A stretch of DNA of 64,000 bases, taken from NCBI RefSeq assembly GCF_009914755.1, contig NC_060947.1, one strand, 5' to 3'. Source of the stretch: the human T2T-CHM13v2.0 reference genome, Homo sapiens. The translations under genes and the position numbers were made by a program. Numbering within the stretch: position 1 is the first letter of the stretch; every line of letters starts with the position of its first letter. This document shows positions 33,870-53,056 of the stretch, one piece after another. A model generated the notes under the pieces. That model had not been told where the DNA came from. It saw only the letters and a program-made list of their open reading frames with translations, and did not search any database.

Positions 33870-36800
33870 CTTATATTTATTTATTTAATTTTTAAAACAA
33901 TTTTGTTGGTGCATAGTAGGTATACATATTTATGGAGTACATGACATATTTTGAATAGGCATGCAATGCATATAGTAATCACATCATGGAAAATGGGGTA
34001 TCCAACCTTACAAACATTTATCTTTTGTGTTTCAAACAATCCAATTACACTCTTAGTTATTTTTAAAATGTACAATTAAATTATTGTTGACTATAGTCAC
34101 CCTGTTGTGCTAGCAAATACTAGGTCTTATTCATTTATGCTAGATAATTTTTGTACCCATAAACCATTCCTACCTCTCCCCCAACCCCCACTTCCCTTTA
34201 CAGCCTCTGGTAACCATTCTTCTACTCTCTATCTCCATGGGTAAAATTATTTTGATGTCTAGATTCCATAAATAAGTAAGAACATGTGATGTTTGTCTTT
34301 CGTGCCTGGCTTATTTCACTTAGAATAATAACCACTGGTTCCATCCATATCATTGGAAATGACTGAATACCATTATTTTTATGGCTGAGTGGTACTGCAT
34401 TGTTTACATGTACCACATTTTCTTTATCCATTCATCTGTTGATGGACACTTAACTTGCCTCCAAATCTTGGCTATTGGGAACAGAGCTGCAACAAACATG
34501 GAAGTGCAGATATCTCTTTGACATACTGATTTCCTTTCTTTTGGGTATATATCCAGCAGTGGAATTGTAGGATCATATGGCAGCTCTATATTGGTTTTTT
34601 TGAGGAACCTCCAAACTGTTCTCCATAATGGATGTGTTAATTTACATTCCCACCAACAGCGTATGAGGGTTCCCTTTTCTCCACATCCTCACCAGCATTT
34701 GTTGTTGCCTATCTTTTTGATATAATAGATTTTAACTGGGGTGAGATGATATCTCACTGTAGCTTTGGTTTGCATTTCCCTGATAATCAGTGAAGTTGAG
34801 CACCTTTTCATATGCTGTTTGCCACCTGTATGTCTTCAGAAATGTCTATTCAAATATTTTGCCCACTTTTTACTCAAATCATTAGTTTTTTTCCCCTACA
34901 GAGTTGTTCGAGCTCCTTATATATTCTGATAATTAATCCCTTGTCAGATGAGTAGTTTGCAAATATTTTCTCCCATTTTGTGGGTTGTCTCTTCACTTTG
35001 GTGACTGTTTCCTTTGCTGTGTAGAAGCTTTTTAACTTGATGTGATCCCATTTGTCCATTTTTGCTTTGGTATCCTATGGTTGTGAGGTATTACTCAAGA
35101 AATCTTTGCCTAGAATGATGTCCCAGAGAATTTCCAGTTTTCTTGTAGTAATTCTACAGTTTGAGGTCTTAGATTTAAGACTTTAATACATTTGTATTTG
35201 ATTTTTGTATATGGTGAGATATAGTGTGATACAGTCTGTCTAGTTTCATTCTTTTGCATATAGTTATGGATATCCAGTTTTTTCAACACCATTTATTTAA
35301 GAGACTATCCTTTCCCCAGTGTAGGTATGTGGATTTTTTTTCCGAGTTCTCTATTCTGTTCCATTGGTATATGTGCTTGTTTTTATCCCAGTACCATACT
35401 ATTTTGGTTATTATTGCTTTATTAGTATAATTTGAAGTCCGATAATATGATTTCTCCAGTTTGTTCTTTTTGCTTAGGATAGCTTTGGCTATACTGGGTC
35501 TTTTGTGGTTCCATATAAATTTTAGGACAGTTTTTTTCTATTTCTGTGAAGAATATCATTGGTATTTTAATGGAGATTGCATTGAATCTGTAGGTTGCTT
35601 TAGGTAGTCTTGATAGAAATTTTAACAATAAGGATTCTTCCATTCAATGAATATAGAATATCTTTCCATTTTTTTGGTGTCCTCTACAATTTTGTCCACT
35701 GATGTTTTATAGTTTTTATGATAGAGATCTTTCACTTCTTAAGTTAATTCCTAGGTATTTCATTTTGTTTGTGGCTATTGTAAATGTGATTACTTTTTTA
35801 TTTCTTTTTCAGATTGTTCACTGTTGGCCTATAGAAATACTACTGATATTTTGTTGCTGATTTTGTATCCTGCAACTTTACTGAAGTTGTTTATCTGTTC
35901 TAATAGTTTTTTGTGGAATCTTTAGGGTTTTTAAAAAATATAAGATTATTTCATCTGCAAACAGGGATAATTTGAGTTCTTGCATTCCAATTTAGATGTC
36001 CCTTAGTTCTTTTACTTGTCTGATTGCTCTAGCTATGATGCCCAGTAACAGTGAGTAACAGTGAGTAACAGTAACAGTGAGTAAAAGTGGGTATCTTTGT
36101 CGTGTTCCAGATCTTAGAGGAAAGGCTTTCAGTTTTCCCCATTCAGTATGATACTAGCTGTGGGTCTGTCATATATGGCTGTCATTATGTTGAGGTACGT
36201 TCCGCTATGCCCAGCTTATTGAAAGTTTTTATCATGAAGGGCTGTTGAATTTTATCAAATGCTTTTTCAGCATTTGAAATGATCATATGGTTTTTATCCT
36301 TTGTTCTGTTGATATCACATTAATTTATTTGCGTATGCTAAAACATCCTTGAATGCAAGGGATAAATCCCACTTGGTCATGATGAATGATCTTTCTAATG
36401 TATTGTCAAATTCAGCTTGCTAGTATTTTGTTGAGGATTTTTGTGTCACTATTCATCAGTGATATCGGCCTATAGTTTCCCTTTTTTGATGTGTCTTTAT
36501 CGGGTTTTGGATCAAGGTAGTACAGGTCTAATAGAATGAATTTGAAAGTATTCCCTCTTTTGCTATTTCTTGGAATAGCTTGAGTAGGACTGGTATTCAT
36601 TCTTCTTTAAATGTTTGGTAGAATTAAGCACTGAAGCCATTGAGTACCGGGCTTTTCTGTACTGGAAAACTTTTTCTTAGGGCTTTGATCTCATTACTTG
36701 TTATTAGTCTGCTCAGGTTTTAGATTTCTTCATGGTTCAATCTTGGTAGGTTGTATGTGCCTAGGAATTTGTCCATTTCTTCTAGATTTTCCAATTTATT

Positions 36801-39800
36801 GGCCTGTAGTTGCTCAAAGTAGCCACTAATGATCCTTTTAATTTCTGCTGTATCAGTTGTAATGTCTCCTTTTTCATCTCTGATTTTATTTATTTGGGTC
36901 TTCTCTCTTTTTCTCTTAGTCTAGCTAAAAGGTTTGTCAATTTTGTTTAACTTTTCAAAAAAACACAACTTTTTGTTTCATTGATCTTTTGTATTGTTTT
37001 CTTCACTTCAATTTCATTTATTTCCCCCTCTGATCTTTATTATTTCTTTTCTTCACCAGTTTTGGGTTTGATTTGCTATTGCTTTCCTAGTTCTTTAAGA
37101 AGCATCACTACGTTGTTTATTTGGCATTTTTCTTTTTTAATGTAGGCACTTACAGCTATAAACTATTAGTACTGCTTTTGTTGTATCCCATAGGTTTTGG
37201 TATGTTTCGGTCCCATTATCATTAGATTCAAGAAAATTTTCAATTTCCTTCATAATTTCTTCATTGACTCATTTGTCATCCAGGAGCATATTGTTTAATT
37301 TTTTTGTATTTGTATAGTTTCCAAAATTACTCTTGTTATTGATTTCTAGTTTTGTTCCATTGTGGTCAGAGAAGATGCTTGATATTATTTCAATTTTCTA
37401 AAAATGTTTTATGACTTGTTTTGTGACCTAACATATGGTCTATGCTTGAAAATAATCCATGTGCTGAGGGAAAAAATGTGTATTCTGCAGCTGTTGAATG
37501 AAATGTTCTGTAAATATCCATTAGGTCCATTTGGTCTATAGTGCAGATTAAGTTTGATGTTTCTTTGTCAATTTTCTGAGTGCAAGATCCATCCAATGTT
37601 GAAAGTAAGGTCTTGATGTCTCCAGTTCTCATTGTATTGGGGTCTGTTTGTCTCTTTAGCTCTAATAATATTGGCTTTATATATCTGAGTGCTCCAGTGT
37701 TGGGTGCATAAATATTTAAAATTGTCATATCCTCTTGCTGAATTGACCTGTTTCTCATTATATAGTGACTTTTTTGTCTCTTCTTACAGTTTCTGTGTTG
37801 AAATCTATTTTGTCTAATATAAATATAGCTACTCCTGCTATTTTTTGGTTTCCATTGGCATGTAATATCTTTTTCCATCCCTTTATTTTCAGTCTTTGTG
37901 TTTCTTTATAGGTGAAGTATGTTTCTTGTAGGCAACAGACCACTGAGTCTTGGTTTTTCATCCATTCAGCCACTTTGTCTTTTGGTTGGAGAGTTTAGTC
38001 CATTTACAGTCAATGTTATTTTGATAAGTAAGGACTTAATCCTGCCATTTTATTTGTTTTATGATTGTTTTGTGGTTTTCTCTTCCTTCTTTCCTTTCTG
38101 TTTTTCTTTTAGTGAAAGTGATTTTCTATTGGAATATGATTTAGTTTTTTGCTTTTAATTTTTTTATATCTGTTGTAGGTTTTTTGGTTTGACGTTACCA
38201 TGAGGCTTGCAAATACTATCTCATAACCCATTATTTTAAGGTGATAAAAACTCAACACTCATTGCATAAACAAACAAACAAGCAAAAAAAACCTGATAAA
38301 GACTCTATGCCTTAACTTAGCCCTCTGCTTTTTTAACTTTTTGTTGCTACTGTTTATCTCTTATTGTGCTATGTCTTGAAAACTTGTAGCTATTATTTTT
38401 TATTGGTTCATCTTTCAGTCTGTCTACTTAAAAGTAGTTTACACACCATAGTTGCTGTGTTATAATATTCTGTGTTTTTTGTGTACTTATCATTGCAAGT
38501 TAATTTTTATCTTCATATAATTTCTTACTGCTTATTAATTTCCTTTTCTTTCTGATCGAAGTACTATCTTTAGCATTGCCTATAGGACAGGTCTAGTGTT
38601 GATGAAATTCTTAGCTTTTCTTTGTCTGAGAAAGTCTTTATTTCTCCTTTATGTTTGAAGGATATTTTCACCAAATATGCTGTTCTAGGGTAAAAGATTT
38701 TTTTCCTTCATCTCTTTAAATATGTCATGCCACTCTCTCATGGCCTGTAAGATTTCCACTGAAAAGTTTGCTGTTAGACATACTTGAGCTCAATCATATG
38801 TTATTTGTTTCTTTTCTCTTGGTGCTTTTATTATTATATTATATATAATATATATTAATATATATATTAATATATATTATATTATTATTAAGAAAGAATC
38901 CTTTCTTTGTCCTTGTCATTTGGGAGTCTGATTATTAAATTCCTTGAAGTAGTCTTCTTTGGATTAAATGTGCTCGGTGTTCTATAACCTTCCTGTACTT
39001 GAGTGTTGTTATCTTTCTCTAGTTCTGGGGAGTTATGTGTTATTATCCTTTTGAATAATTTTCTAACCCTATCTCTTTCTCTACCTCCTCTTTAAGGCAA
39101 ATAACTCTTAGATTTGCCTTTTTGAGGCTATTATCTAGATCCTGTAGGCATGCTTCATTGTTTTTTATTCTTTTATCTTTTTTCTCTCCTCTGTGTATTT
39201 TCAAATAGCCTGTCTTCATGATCACTGGTTCTTTATTCTTCTTGATCAATTCTGTGATTAAAAGACTCTGATACATCCTCAGTATGCCAATTGCATTTTT
39301 CAGCTCCAGAGTTTCTGCTTGATTCTTTTTAATTATTTCAATCTCTTCATTAAATGTATTTGATAGAGTTCTGAATTTCTTCTCTGTGTTATCTTCAATT
39401 TCTTTGAGTTTCCTCAAAACAATTACTTTGAATTCTCTGCCCAAAAGGTCACATATCTCTGTTTCTCCAGGGTTGGTCCCTGGTGCCTCATTTAGTTCAT
39501 TTGGTGAGGTAATGTTTTCTTGTATCATCTTTATACTTGTAGATGTTCATCTGTGTTCGGTTACTGAAGAGTTAAGTATTTATTGTAGTTTTCACAGTCT
39601 CAGCTTGTTTGTACCCAACCTTATTGGGAAGGTTTTCCATATATTTGAAAGAATTTAGGAATTATGATCTAAGCTGTATCTGCTTTAGAGAATACCCCAA
39701 GCCCAGTAACACTGTGGTTCTTCTAGACTCATAGAGACACCACCTTGATGGTCTTGGACAAGATCCAGAATAATTCTCTGGATTACCAGAGATTCTTGTT

Positions 39801-41578
39801 CTCTTCCTTTACTTTCTCCCAAACAAACAGAATCTCTCTCTCTGTTCTGAGCCACCTGGAGCTGAGGGTAGTGTGACGCAAGCACTCCTGTGGTCACCAC
39901 CACTAGAACTGTACTGGGTCAGATCTGAAGCCAGCACAGCACTGAGTCTCACCCAAGTCCTGCTGTAACCACTCACTGGCTACTGCCTATGTTTGCTGAA
40001 GGCCCTAGGGCTCTACAATCAGCAGGCACCAAAGCTAGCCAAGCCTGTGTCCTTCCTTTCAGGGTAGTGAGTTTCCTCAGGTGGGCCTAGGGGTGCCATT
40101 CAGGAGCCAGGAACTAGAGTCAAAAACCCTTGAAGGCTACCTGGTGTTCTGTTGTACTGCAGCTGAGCTGGCACTCAAATCACAAGACGTAGTCCTTCCC
40201 ACTCTTCCCTCCCTTTACCAAAGGCAGAAGAAGCTTATTCCATGGCCACCCCCCATCTCAGGTCCATGAGGAGTACTGCCAAACTAATGCTGATATTCTC
40301 TTAAGGCCCAAGGCCTCTTCAGTCAGCTTGTGGTGAATGCTGCCTTGCCTGAGGCTCACCTTTCAGGACAGTGGACTTCCTTCTGGCCCAGGGCAGGTCC
40401 AAAAATGCCATTCAAGAGCCAAGTCCTGGAATCAGGGACCCAAAGAGCTTGCTTAGTGCTCTACCCTCTGTTTCCAAGCTGGTACCTAAGGTACAAGACA
40501 AAGTCTGCTTTACTTTTCCCTCTGCTTTTCTCAAGCAGAAGTAGTTTTGCCCCCATAGCCACCACAGATGGGAATGTGCTGAGTCTCACCTGAAGCCAGC
40601 ACATCTCACACCTGACTCAGCACACCTGAGTCACACCCATAGTCCTTGACATAGGACCTGGGTATTGCTGCTGGTTATTCAGTGCCCAAGGACTCTTCAG
40701 TTAGCAGATGATGAATCCTGTCAGGACTGGGTCATTCCCTTTAAGGCAGTGGGTTCCCTTCTGACCCAGGGTGTGTCTAGAAATGTCATCTGCAAGCTAG
40801 AGCCTGGAAAGGAGGCCTTACAACTCTGCTGTGGCTTAGCTGGTATTCAAGATGCAAGACAAAGTCCTCCCTGCTCTTCCCTTCCCTCTTCTCAAGTGGA
40901 AGGAAGAGGGGTCTCTTTTGGAGCTTTGAGCTGTGCAGCTTGGGGTTAGGAGAAGGGTGATGCCAGCACTTCCTTAGCCATCCTGGCTGGTGTCTTAGTA
41001 GGTTGTGTGCCTCCCCCCTGCCACCAAGTACACTGGCTTTGGGACCAGTTCAGCACTAGGACTGACTCAGGAGTTGTAGTCCTTGTGGCCTAGACTACCT
41101 TTCAACTTTATTTAGGGCCTCAGAGCACTTTAGCTTGAGATGGCAAGACATGCCAGAACTCAAGTTCTGATGCTGGCATCGACAATTCCCCTCTGCTATG
41201 GCTGGTTAAATTCTCCCTCTATGGGCAGGAGTTAGCTAAGTTTGGTCTAGTTTTGCTTTCTCCTATAACAAGGGCAGCATTGAGTTCAATGCTTCATATT
41301 TGCTGGCTCTCCCTCTCCCCAACCCACAGAAACACTCTCTGCACCACACCACAACTGTTGGGAGATAAGGGAGGGATGGCATCGACGATTCAAGACTGTT
41401 TTTCCTACCTCTTCAGTGCCTTTCAGGGATATGAAGTTAAAACCAGGTACTGTGGGTAATGACCTGATTTTTGGCTCTTATGAAAGTGTTTTCTTTTCCA
41501 TTTAGATAGTTGTTAAATTGGTGTCCTTGGTGGGGGAACAATCAGTGGAGTCTTCTATTTTGCCATCTTGCTCTGCCA
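33870..41578 (-). mobile_element. Near full-length (~7.7 kb) degenerate L1MA/L1PB-age LINE-1 with long 5' UTR
   Basis: 3' UTR at 33870; ORF2 EN remnants 37390-37973; ORF1 remnant 39043-39528; 5' end reads GGCAGAGCAAGATGGCAAAATAGAA on the - strand at ~41577. Confidence 0.85.
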
Positions 41579-41785
41579 GCAAAATCTTAACTTTTTTTCA
41601 ATCTTTTAGATTATTTTGCTGGTCTCTATTTCATTTATTCCTGCACCAATCTTCATTATTTCCCTCCTCTTGCTAACTTTGGGTAAGAATATTGAAATTA
41701 TATTATGTATCTTTTCTGACCACAATGTTATGTTTTTCCAAACCTCTTATGGACATCTCATTTCACAGCTTTTCCTTTGGAATTA

Positions 41786-42099
41786 CAGTCAGCCCTCTGT
41801 ATCCATGGGTCCAAATCCATGGATTCAACCAATCTGGATAAAAAATATTTAGAAAAAAATTCCACAAAGTTCCAAAAAGTAAAGCTTGACTTTACTGTGC
41901 ATCAAGTATTACATTGAATCCACATGAATTAAGAAATCTGTAGGTATTATATTAACTATTATAAGTAATCTAGTGGTGATATAAATTATAAAGTATATGC
42001 AAATACTCCACCATTTCACATAGGAGACTTGAGCATCTGCGGATTTTGGTATCCACGGGGGTTCTGATAACCAAACCCCCACGGATACCAAGGGATGAC
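41786..42099 (-). mobile_element. MER2 (Tigger-family) DNA transposon
   Basis: Terminal inverted repeats cagtcagccctctgtatcc ... ggataccaagggatgact. Confidence 0.8.
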
Positions 42100-43040
42100 T
42101 AAATTTGGTCTGCTTCTTGTTTTCGATTTCTATTATGGCTATCTCAGGCATCTGTTGTATTAAACAATTACCATTGATAGTTTTTGAGAAATGGCCCTAG
42201 ATGTAAACCTGTTTGCATTGAGTGAGCCCTGAGTTATGCAGGTCACATGAAAACAAGTGCTAGGAGTAAAGGTTCCAGGGAACTATCAGACTGGTCAAAT
42301 AATGACAATTCTCTGGGAATGGTGTTTTTAGGGTGGACTAAATCTGTTCTGCCACTTTCCAAGTGGTTGATAGCCTGCTAGTTTTCATCTTTTTTGCAGG
42401 GATGTTTGTTTCTAGAATTACTGCATAGCTGGGGCAGGGGGATGGGATTAGGTTAAGTTAAAACCCCACAAAACTTGCTGTGCTTAGTGAGTCATTCAGT
42501 TTTCTTAAATAAATGTTTTTTGAATTGTTGTAAGCCTTTGGATAATTTCCAAACTATAAATTCTGAATTCAATGTTGATTATAACTTCCATTATTGATTC
42601 TGAATTCAGAAAATTTTGACTCTGATTATTTTTGTCTAAGTTCTTGTTGCTTTTATGGAGGCTTGGATGTATGAAAGTCCTAGCTTCATCATTCTCTCTG
42701 ATCCATACTGTTAGCTTTTACATTTTGGGCTTTGCTCCATACTGAGTTAAGTTTTGTGTATGATATGAGGCAAGGATATTTTCTCATCCATATTATTATT
42801 CAGTTGACTTTGAATTTACATGTATATTTATATTATTTGAAATCAACTTTACTGACATTTGAGTTACATAGAATCAAATGAATCCACTTTACATGTTTAG
42901 TTTGATGACACAAATTAATCCATCCATTTAATCACTATTATACGGGAAGTTTCTATCACCCCAAAAAGAAAGTTTCCTTATGTTGCTTTGCAGTAAATCT
43001 TCTCCTACATCCAGTTATAAGCAGGCACTGTTCTGCTCTC

Positions 43041-43343
43041 TTTCTTTTTTTTTTTTTCTTTTTGAGACATAGTCTCACTCTGTAGGCCAGGCTGGAGTAC
43101 AATGGCATGATCTCGGCTCACTGCAACCTCCGCCTCCCGGGTTCAAGTGATTCTCCTGCCTCAGCCTCCTGAGTAGCTGGGATTACAAGGATGCACCACC
43201 ACACCCTGCTAATTTTTGTATTTTTAGTAGAGACAGGATTTCACCATATTGGTCAGGCTGGTCTCAAACTCCTGACTTTGTCATCTGCCCGCCTCAGCCT
43301 CCCAAAGTGCTGGGATTACAGGGATGAGCCACTGTGCCTGGCC
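43041..43343 (-). mobile_element. AluS-like SINE
   Basis: Full Alu text; flanking duplication actgttctgct on both sides. Confidence 0.92.
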
Positions 43344-43368
43344 ACTGTTCTGCTTTCTATCACTATAG

Positions 43369-43726
<358 letters not shown>

Positions 43727-44024
43727 ATATACATTTTTTTGTGTGAGCATGGTGAAAAGTTCAGCATACATTTTGAAATTTGTCCTTTTTTGTTAAGGTT
43801 ATCAGTAGTTTATTCCTCCTTATTGCTGAGTAATATTTTGTTATATAAAGATACCACAATTTGTGTACTAATTTACAAGTTGGTTAACTTCTGAGTTGCT
43901 TCCAGTTTTTGGCTATTATGAATAAAGCCATGCATATTCATGTACTGGTCTTTTTGTGGTCATCAGCTTTCATTTATTTAAGGAAAATACTTAGTGAAAG
44001 AATTACTGGCTCATATGATAAGTA

Positions 44025-44131
44025 ATGTGGCCCATCCCGGTTTGCCTGGGATAGTCTCAGATTTAGCCCTAAAAGTTTCATATCCCAGCAAAGCTTTCAG
44101 TCCTAAAAACCTGGGACAGTCGGTGACAGTA
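44025..44131. mobile_element. MER81-like hAT MITE
   Basis: catcccggtttgcctgggatag...cctgggacagtcggtgac. Confidence 0.5.
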
Positions 44132-44132
44132 A

Positions 44133-44489
<357 letters not shown>

Positions 44490-44889
44490 ATGCCCAGCTC
44501 TTTTCTAAAGCGTTGGCACCATTTTGCATTTTCATAAAGAATGTATAAGAGAGTTCCAGTTACTCTATATCCTGAAAAACACAAGGCATTGACAATTTTT
44601 GTTTGTTTTGTCTTGTTTTTAAATTAAAACCGTACTGGCAGGTCTGAAGTGTTATGTCATTACAGTTTTAACTTGCATTTCATTGAGGATTAATGATTTT
44701 GAGCATTTCTGCTTATGAGTCATTTACATATGTTTCTTTGTAGAGTGTTTTTATTCATCCCTAAGATTTTAAATGTATTATTAGTAAAAGTCTTTTGTCA
44801 GATATGTATATTGCAAACATTTCCTTCCTATTTCTTGTCTTTCATTTCATTAATGGTGTTTTTCAGAAAACAAAGTTTTCAATTTTTAA

Positions 44890-44998
44890 AAAAGTTTTAG
44901 TTTCAGGGGTACATATGCAGGTTTGTTACATGGGTATACTGTGTGATGCTGAGGTTTGGGCTTCTAATAGTCCTGTCTCCCAAGTAGCGAACATAGTA
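44890..44998 (-). mobile_element. Short 5'-truncated older L1PA 3' fragment
   Basis: ggggtacatatgcaggtttgttacatgggtatactgtgtgatgctgagg; flanking duplication aaagttttcaatttt. Confidence 0.7.
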
Positions 44999-47900
44999 AA
45001 AGTTTTCAATTTTAATAAACTACTAATGTATCATTTTTAAAATTTGTAGTGTTTCTTGTGTAAGAATGCTTTTCCTACCCTGAAATTGAATATATATGTT
45101 CCTATGTTTTATTCTACATGTTTCACAGTTTTAACATTCATCTTTAGGTCTATAATACATTTTGAATTAACTTAGTATATGGTGTTAGTTAAGACTTAAT
45201 GTTCATTGGTTTCTTAAGGATATGATGGTTCCATCACTATTTCATGAAAAGACTACTTTTCCTCCACTGAATTCCTTTGGTGACTTTGTCTAAAATCTGT
45301 TGATCATACATATGTGGGTCTATCTTTGTAATTTTCTTCTATTCATCTATGTCTCTTTCATCAAACCAATGTTGCAGTATTTTGCTGACCATAGCTTTGA
45401 AATTATGTTGTGTATATTCTCCAAACTTGTTCTCCTTTTAAAAGACTGTTTTGGCTATTCTAAATTCTTAGCTTTTCTACATAAATTTGGGAATAAAAGT
45501 GTCAACTGCTATATCAACTCTACTGGCATTTAGATTGGGGTTATATATATCTACACACACATATATATGTATAGCAAGAGAGAGAGAGATTAACTTGCTG
45601 ATGTAATTAAACTGACATCTTAATATTGAGTGACTCAGTTCATAAGCATGATCTATCTCTCCAATGATTTCAATATTCTTTATTTTCAGTCAGCAACATT
45701 TTATATTTTTCAGCATTTAGGATTTTTTATATATTTGGATAAATTTATCACTACATATTTCATGGTTTTTGATACTACTGGAAGTATTTTTAAAAATTTC
45801 AATTTCCAGTTGTATATTGTTCATGTATAGAAACTCACTTCCTCTTTGAATATTGACATTGTGACTGCATAGTATTGCATTAGGCGATATACCTAATGAA
45901 TATTGACATTGTGTCCTGTGACTTTTCTAAATTGTATTTATTGGTTCTTTTAATGCTTTGAAAAGATTTCATATGATTATCTGTAAACAAAAGCATGTCT
46001 TCTCTAAGGGAAGAGTGTTTTCTTTATTTACAATATATATGCCTTTTATGAAGTATATTTTATTTTCTTATTGCACTGGATAGAAACTCCAAGAAAATTA
46101 TGCACAGAAGTAGTGAAAGCAGACATCGTTGCCTTGGTCTCAATTTTAGAAAGATTTCAGCATTTTACCATTAAAATTATGTTAGCAATCAGTTTTTCTT
46201 AGATTCCCTTTATTAGGTTGATGAAAATCTCTTCTATTCCTAATTTACTGAAATTCTAAAAAATCACAAATATATATTTTTCACATGATATTTTCCTGTA
46301 GTTACTGAGATGACAACTTAGTTATTTCCTTTATTATGTAAATATGGTCAATTGCATTGATTGGTTTCCAAGTTTTAAACCATCTTTTTATACCCAGAGT
46401 AAACCCCACTTTTTCATGACATGTTATCTTTTTTACATATTTTTGAATTGAACTTGCTAATGTTGTTTAAAATTTCTTTTGAATATGTACTTGAGAAATA
46501 TTGGTGCATATTTTTCTTCTGTTTGTCTGGTATTTGTTTCAGGATAACTTGTCTTTCTAAGAGAATTGAGAAATGCTCCTCTCTTTCCTATTTCCTGAAG
46601 TAATTTGAATAAACTTGGTATTATTTCTCATTTTAGGTTTTGATAGAATAAAAAGTTAAAGATATGAGGGTCTGGAGTTTTCTTTGGGAAGGAATTTTAA
46701 TTTAAAATTCAATTTCTTAAACAGATATAGACCTATTGATATTTTTATTTTTTTATTAGTTTAAAAATTTTGTGTCTTTCAACAAATTTGTCCAATTCAT
46801 CTCAGTTTTTGAATTTGTTGAAATAGAATTAATATCTTGTTATCTTTTTAATATCTGCATTATCTGTAGTTACATTTCCTTTTTTAGTTCTGATACAATG
46901 TGTTTCTTTTTTCTTTATAATCAACTAGTCTTGTAAGGATTTTATTAGTTACATTAATATTTTCAAAGAAACACCTTTTGTAGTTCCTTTTTGATGTTGT
47001 TGATTTTTATTTGTTGTTCGTGTCCTCTTTCATTGATTTCCAGTCTTATTTTTATTGTTTACTTCTTTATACTCACTTTGGGCTTAAATTGCTCTTTTTT
47101 CTTTTAGCCTTTTAAGTTAGAAGCCAGAATAATCAATTCTAAACATTTATTTTCAATTTAATCATTTAAAGCAATACATTTCTTTCTAAGATCTGTTTAA
47201 GTTATAGCCCACAAATTTTGATATGTTGTCTTTTTATCATCATCCACTTCAAAACTTTTTCTAGTTTTCCTTGTGATTTCTTTTTTGACTTATGAAATAC
47301 TTAGTAGTGTGTTATTTTCCAAATATTCAGAAATTTTCTAGATACCGCTGTGTAATTGGTTTCCAATTTAATTCCATCATTAGATAACATACCGTGTATA
47401 ATTTTGGTACTTACAAATTTATTGAGGCCTTTTAAATATTGCTTAGCATATAGTCTATATTTGGAAATGTTTCATGTGCATTTGAAATATATATTTTACA
47501 GTTCTAGGGTATAGTATTCTCTGAATATCCATTACAATAAGCTGGCTGATAGTGTTTTTCAAATCTTCCACAACATTACTGATTTCTGTCTACTTGTTCT
47601 ATCAATTACTGAGAGTAATGTTGAAATCTCTGAATGTGCTTTGGATTTCTTCATTCTTCTCTTTAGTTCTTTAACTATTACTTCATGTATTTTGAAATTG
47701 TGCCACTAGGCACACACCATTTAACCACTCTTTATCCTTTGTTTTACTGTTTTAATCATGTCTACATTTTCTGACATTAATAGAGCCACTCCAGAGTTCT
47801 TATGCTTATTTGTGATGATGTTTTCTTTCATCTTTTTACTTTTAATTTATGTCTTCAAATTTGAAAGATAATTTTTGCTGACAGTATTATAATTGGGTTG

Positions 47901-48774
47901 TAATTTTTGCTAAACCTGATAATATCTGGCTTTTAATTTATGTGTTAGGTCTACTGTTATTGAATGTAATTATTAATATGGTTGACTTTAAGTATAGCCT
48001 CCCTCTCTTTGTTTTCTCTTTTCCCTTATTTTGTTTTCCTTTTTCTTGTTTTCAGCCTTCTTTTAGATGAATTGAATATCTCTTAGTATTGAAGTTGCAC
48101 CACTATTGACTTAATGGCTATAACTTTTAAAAATATTTTTATGTCGTGATCCATGATTTACAATATTCATCCTTAATTTATTACAGTCTACTTCAAATAA
48201 TTTTCTACCATTCTATATAAGATGTAAAGATCCTAGAACAATGTACAACCATTATCCACTCCATCCTTTGAATTACTGTCATATAATTTATTTCTACACA
48301 TGCAATAAACTTTACAAGATGGTATTATTAATTCTGAGTTAAACAGGCAATTATCTTTATAAAAAACAAACAGGAGAAAAGTTTTTTATGTATATCACAT
48401 ATCTACCATTTCCAGTGCCCTTCATTTCTTTATGTAGATTTTCATTTAACATTGGTTTTACTTTCTTTCAGTCTAAAAAACTTCATTTATTGTTTCCTGT
48501 AATACAGACATTTATTTTGTGTGAAAATTTTTATTTTGTCTTTATCGTTCAATTATATTTTAACTGGATAATGAATTCTGCTTTGAGAGTGTTATTTTCT
48601 TTCAGTACTTTCTTCCATTTCTGGCTTCCACAGTTTTTAATTATATTTTAAAAGCCATTTCTCTTTCTTTTCCGTCATGGATATATTATCTTTTTCTGTG
48701 GCTGAATTTAAAATTTTCTTTTTATCTTACTTATCGGTAATTTAATTATTATTTATTTTGATTTGGTTTTCTTT

Positions 48775-48850
48775 TTATTTATTTATTTTTAATTATTATT
48801 ATACTTTAAGTTTTAGGGTACATGTGCACAACATGCAGGTTTGTTACATA
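48775..48850 (-). mobile_element. Ultra-short L1PA 3' end insertion
   Basis: ttatactttaagttttagggtacatgtgcacaacatgcagg between 16-bp TSDs tgatttggttttcttt (48759, 48851). Confidence 0.85.
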
Positions 48851-49233
48851 TGATTTGGTTTTCTTTATTTTTTCCTCTTCCTTTCTTTGTGTTCATTGAG
48901 TTTTGATGAGTTTATATTTTGAACAGATTTGGAATACTTTGTGTAATTATTCATTCAAATATTTTCCTGCCCCACCCTCCCTTTTGGGGGCTCAAATTTC
49001 ACATAGGGTATTGCTTGATTTTTTTTTTATTATACTTTAAGTTTTAGGGTACATGTACACAATGTGCAGGTTAGATACATATGTATACATGTGCCATGCT
49101 GGTGCGCTGCACCCACTAACTCGTCATCTAGCATTAGGTATATCTCCCAATGCTATCCCTCCCCCCTCCCCCCACCCCACCACAGTCCCCAGAGTGTGAT
49201 GTTCCCCTTCCTGTGTCCATGTGTTCTCATTGT

Positions 49234-53056
<3,823 letters not shown>

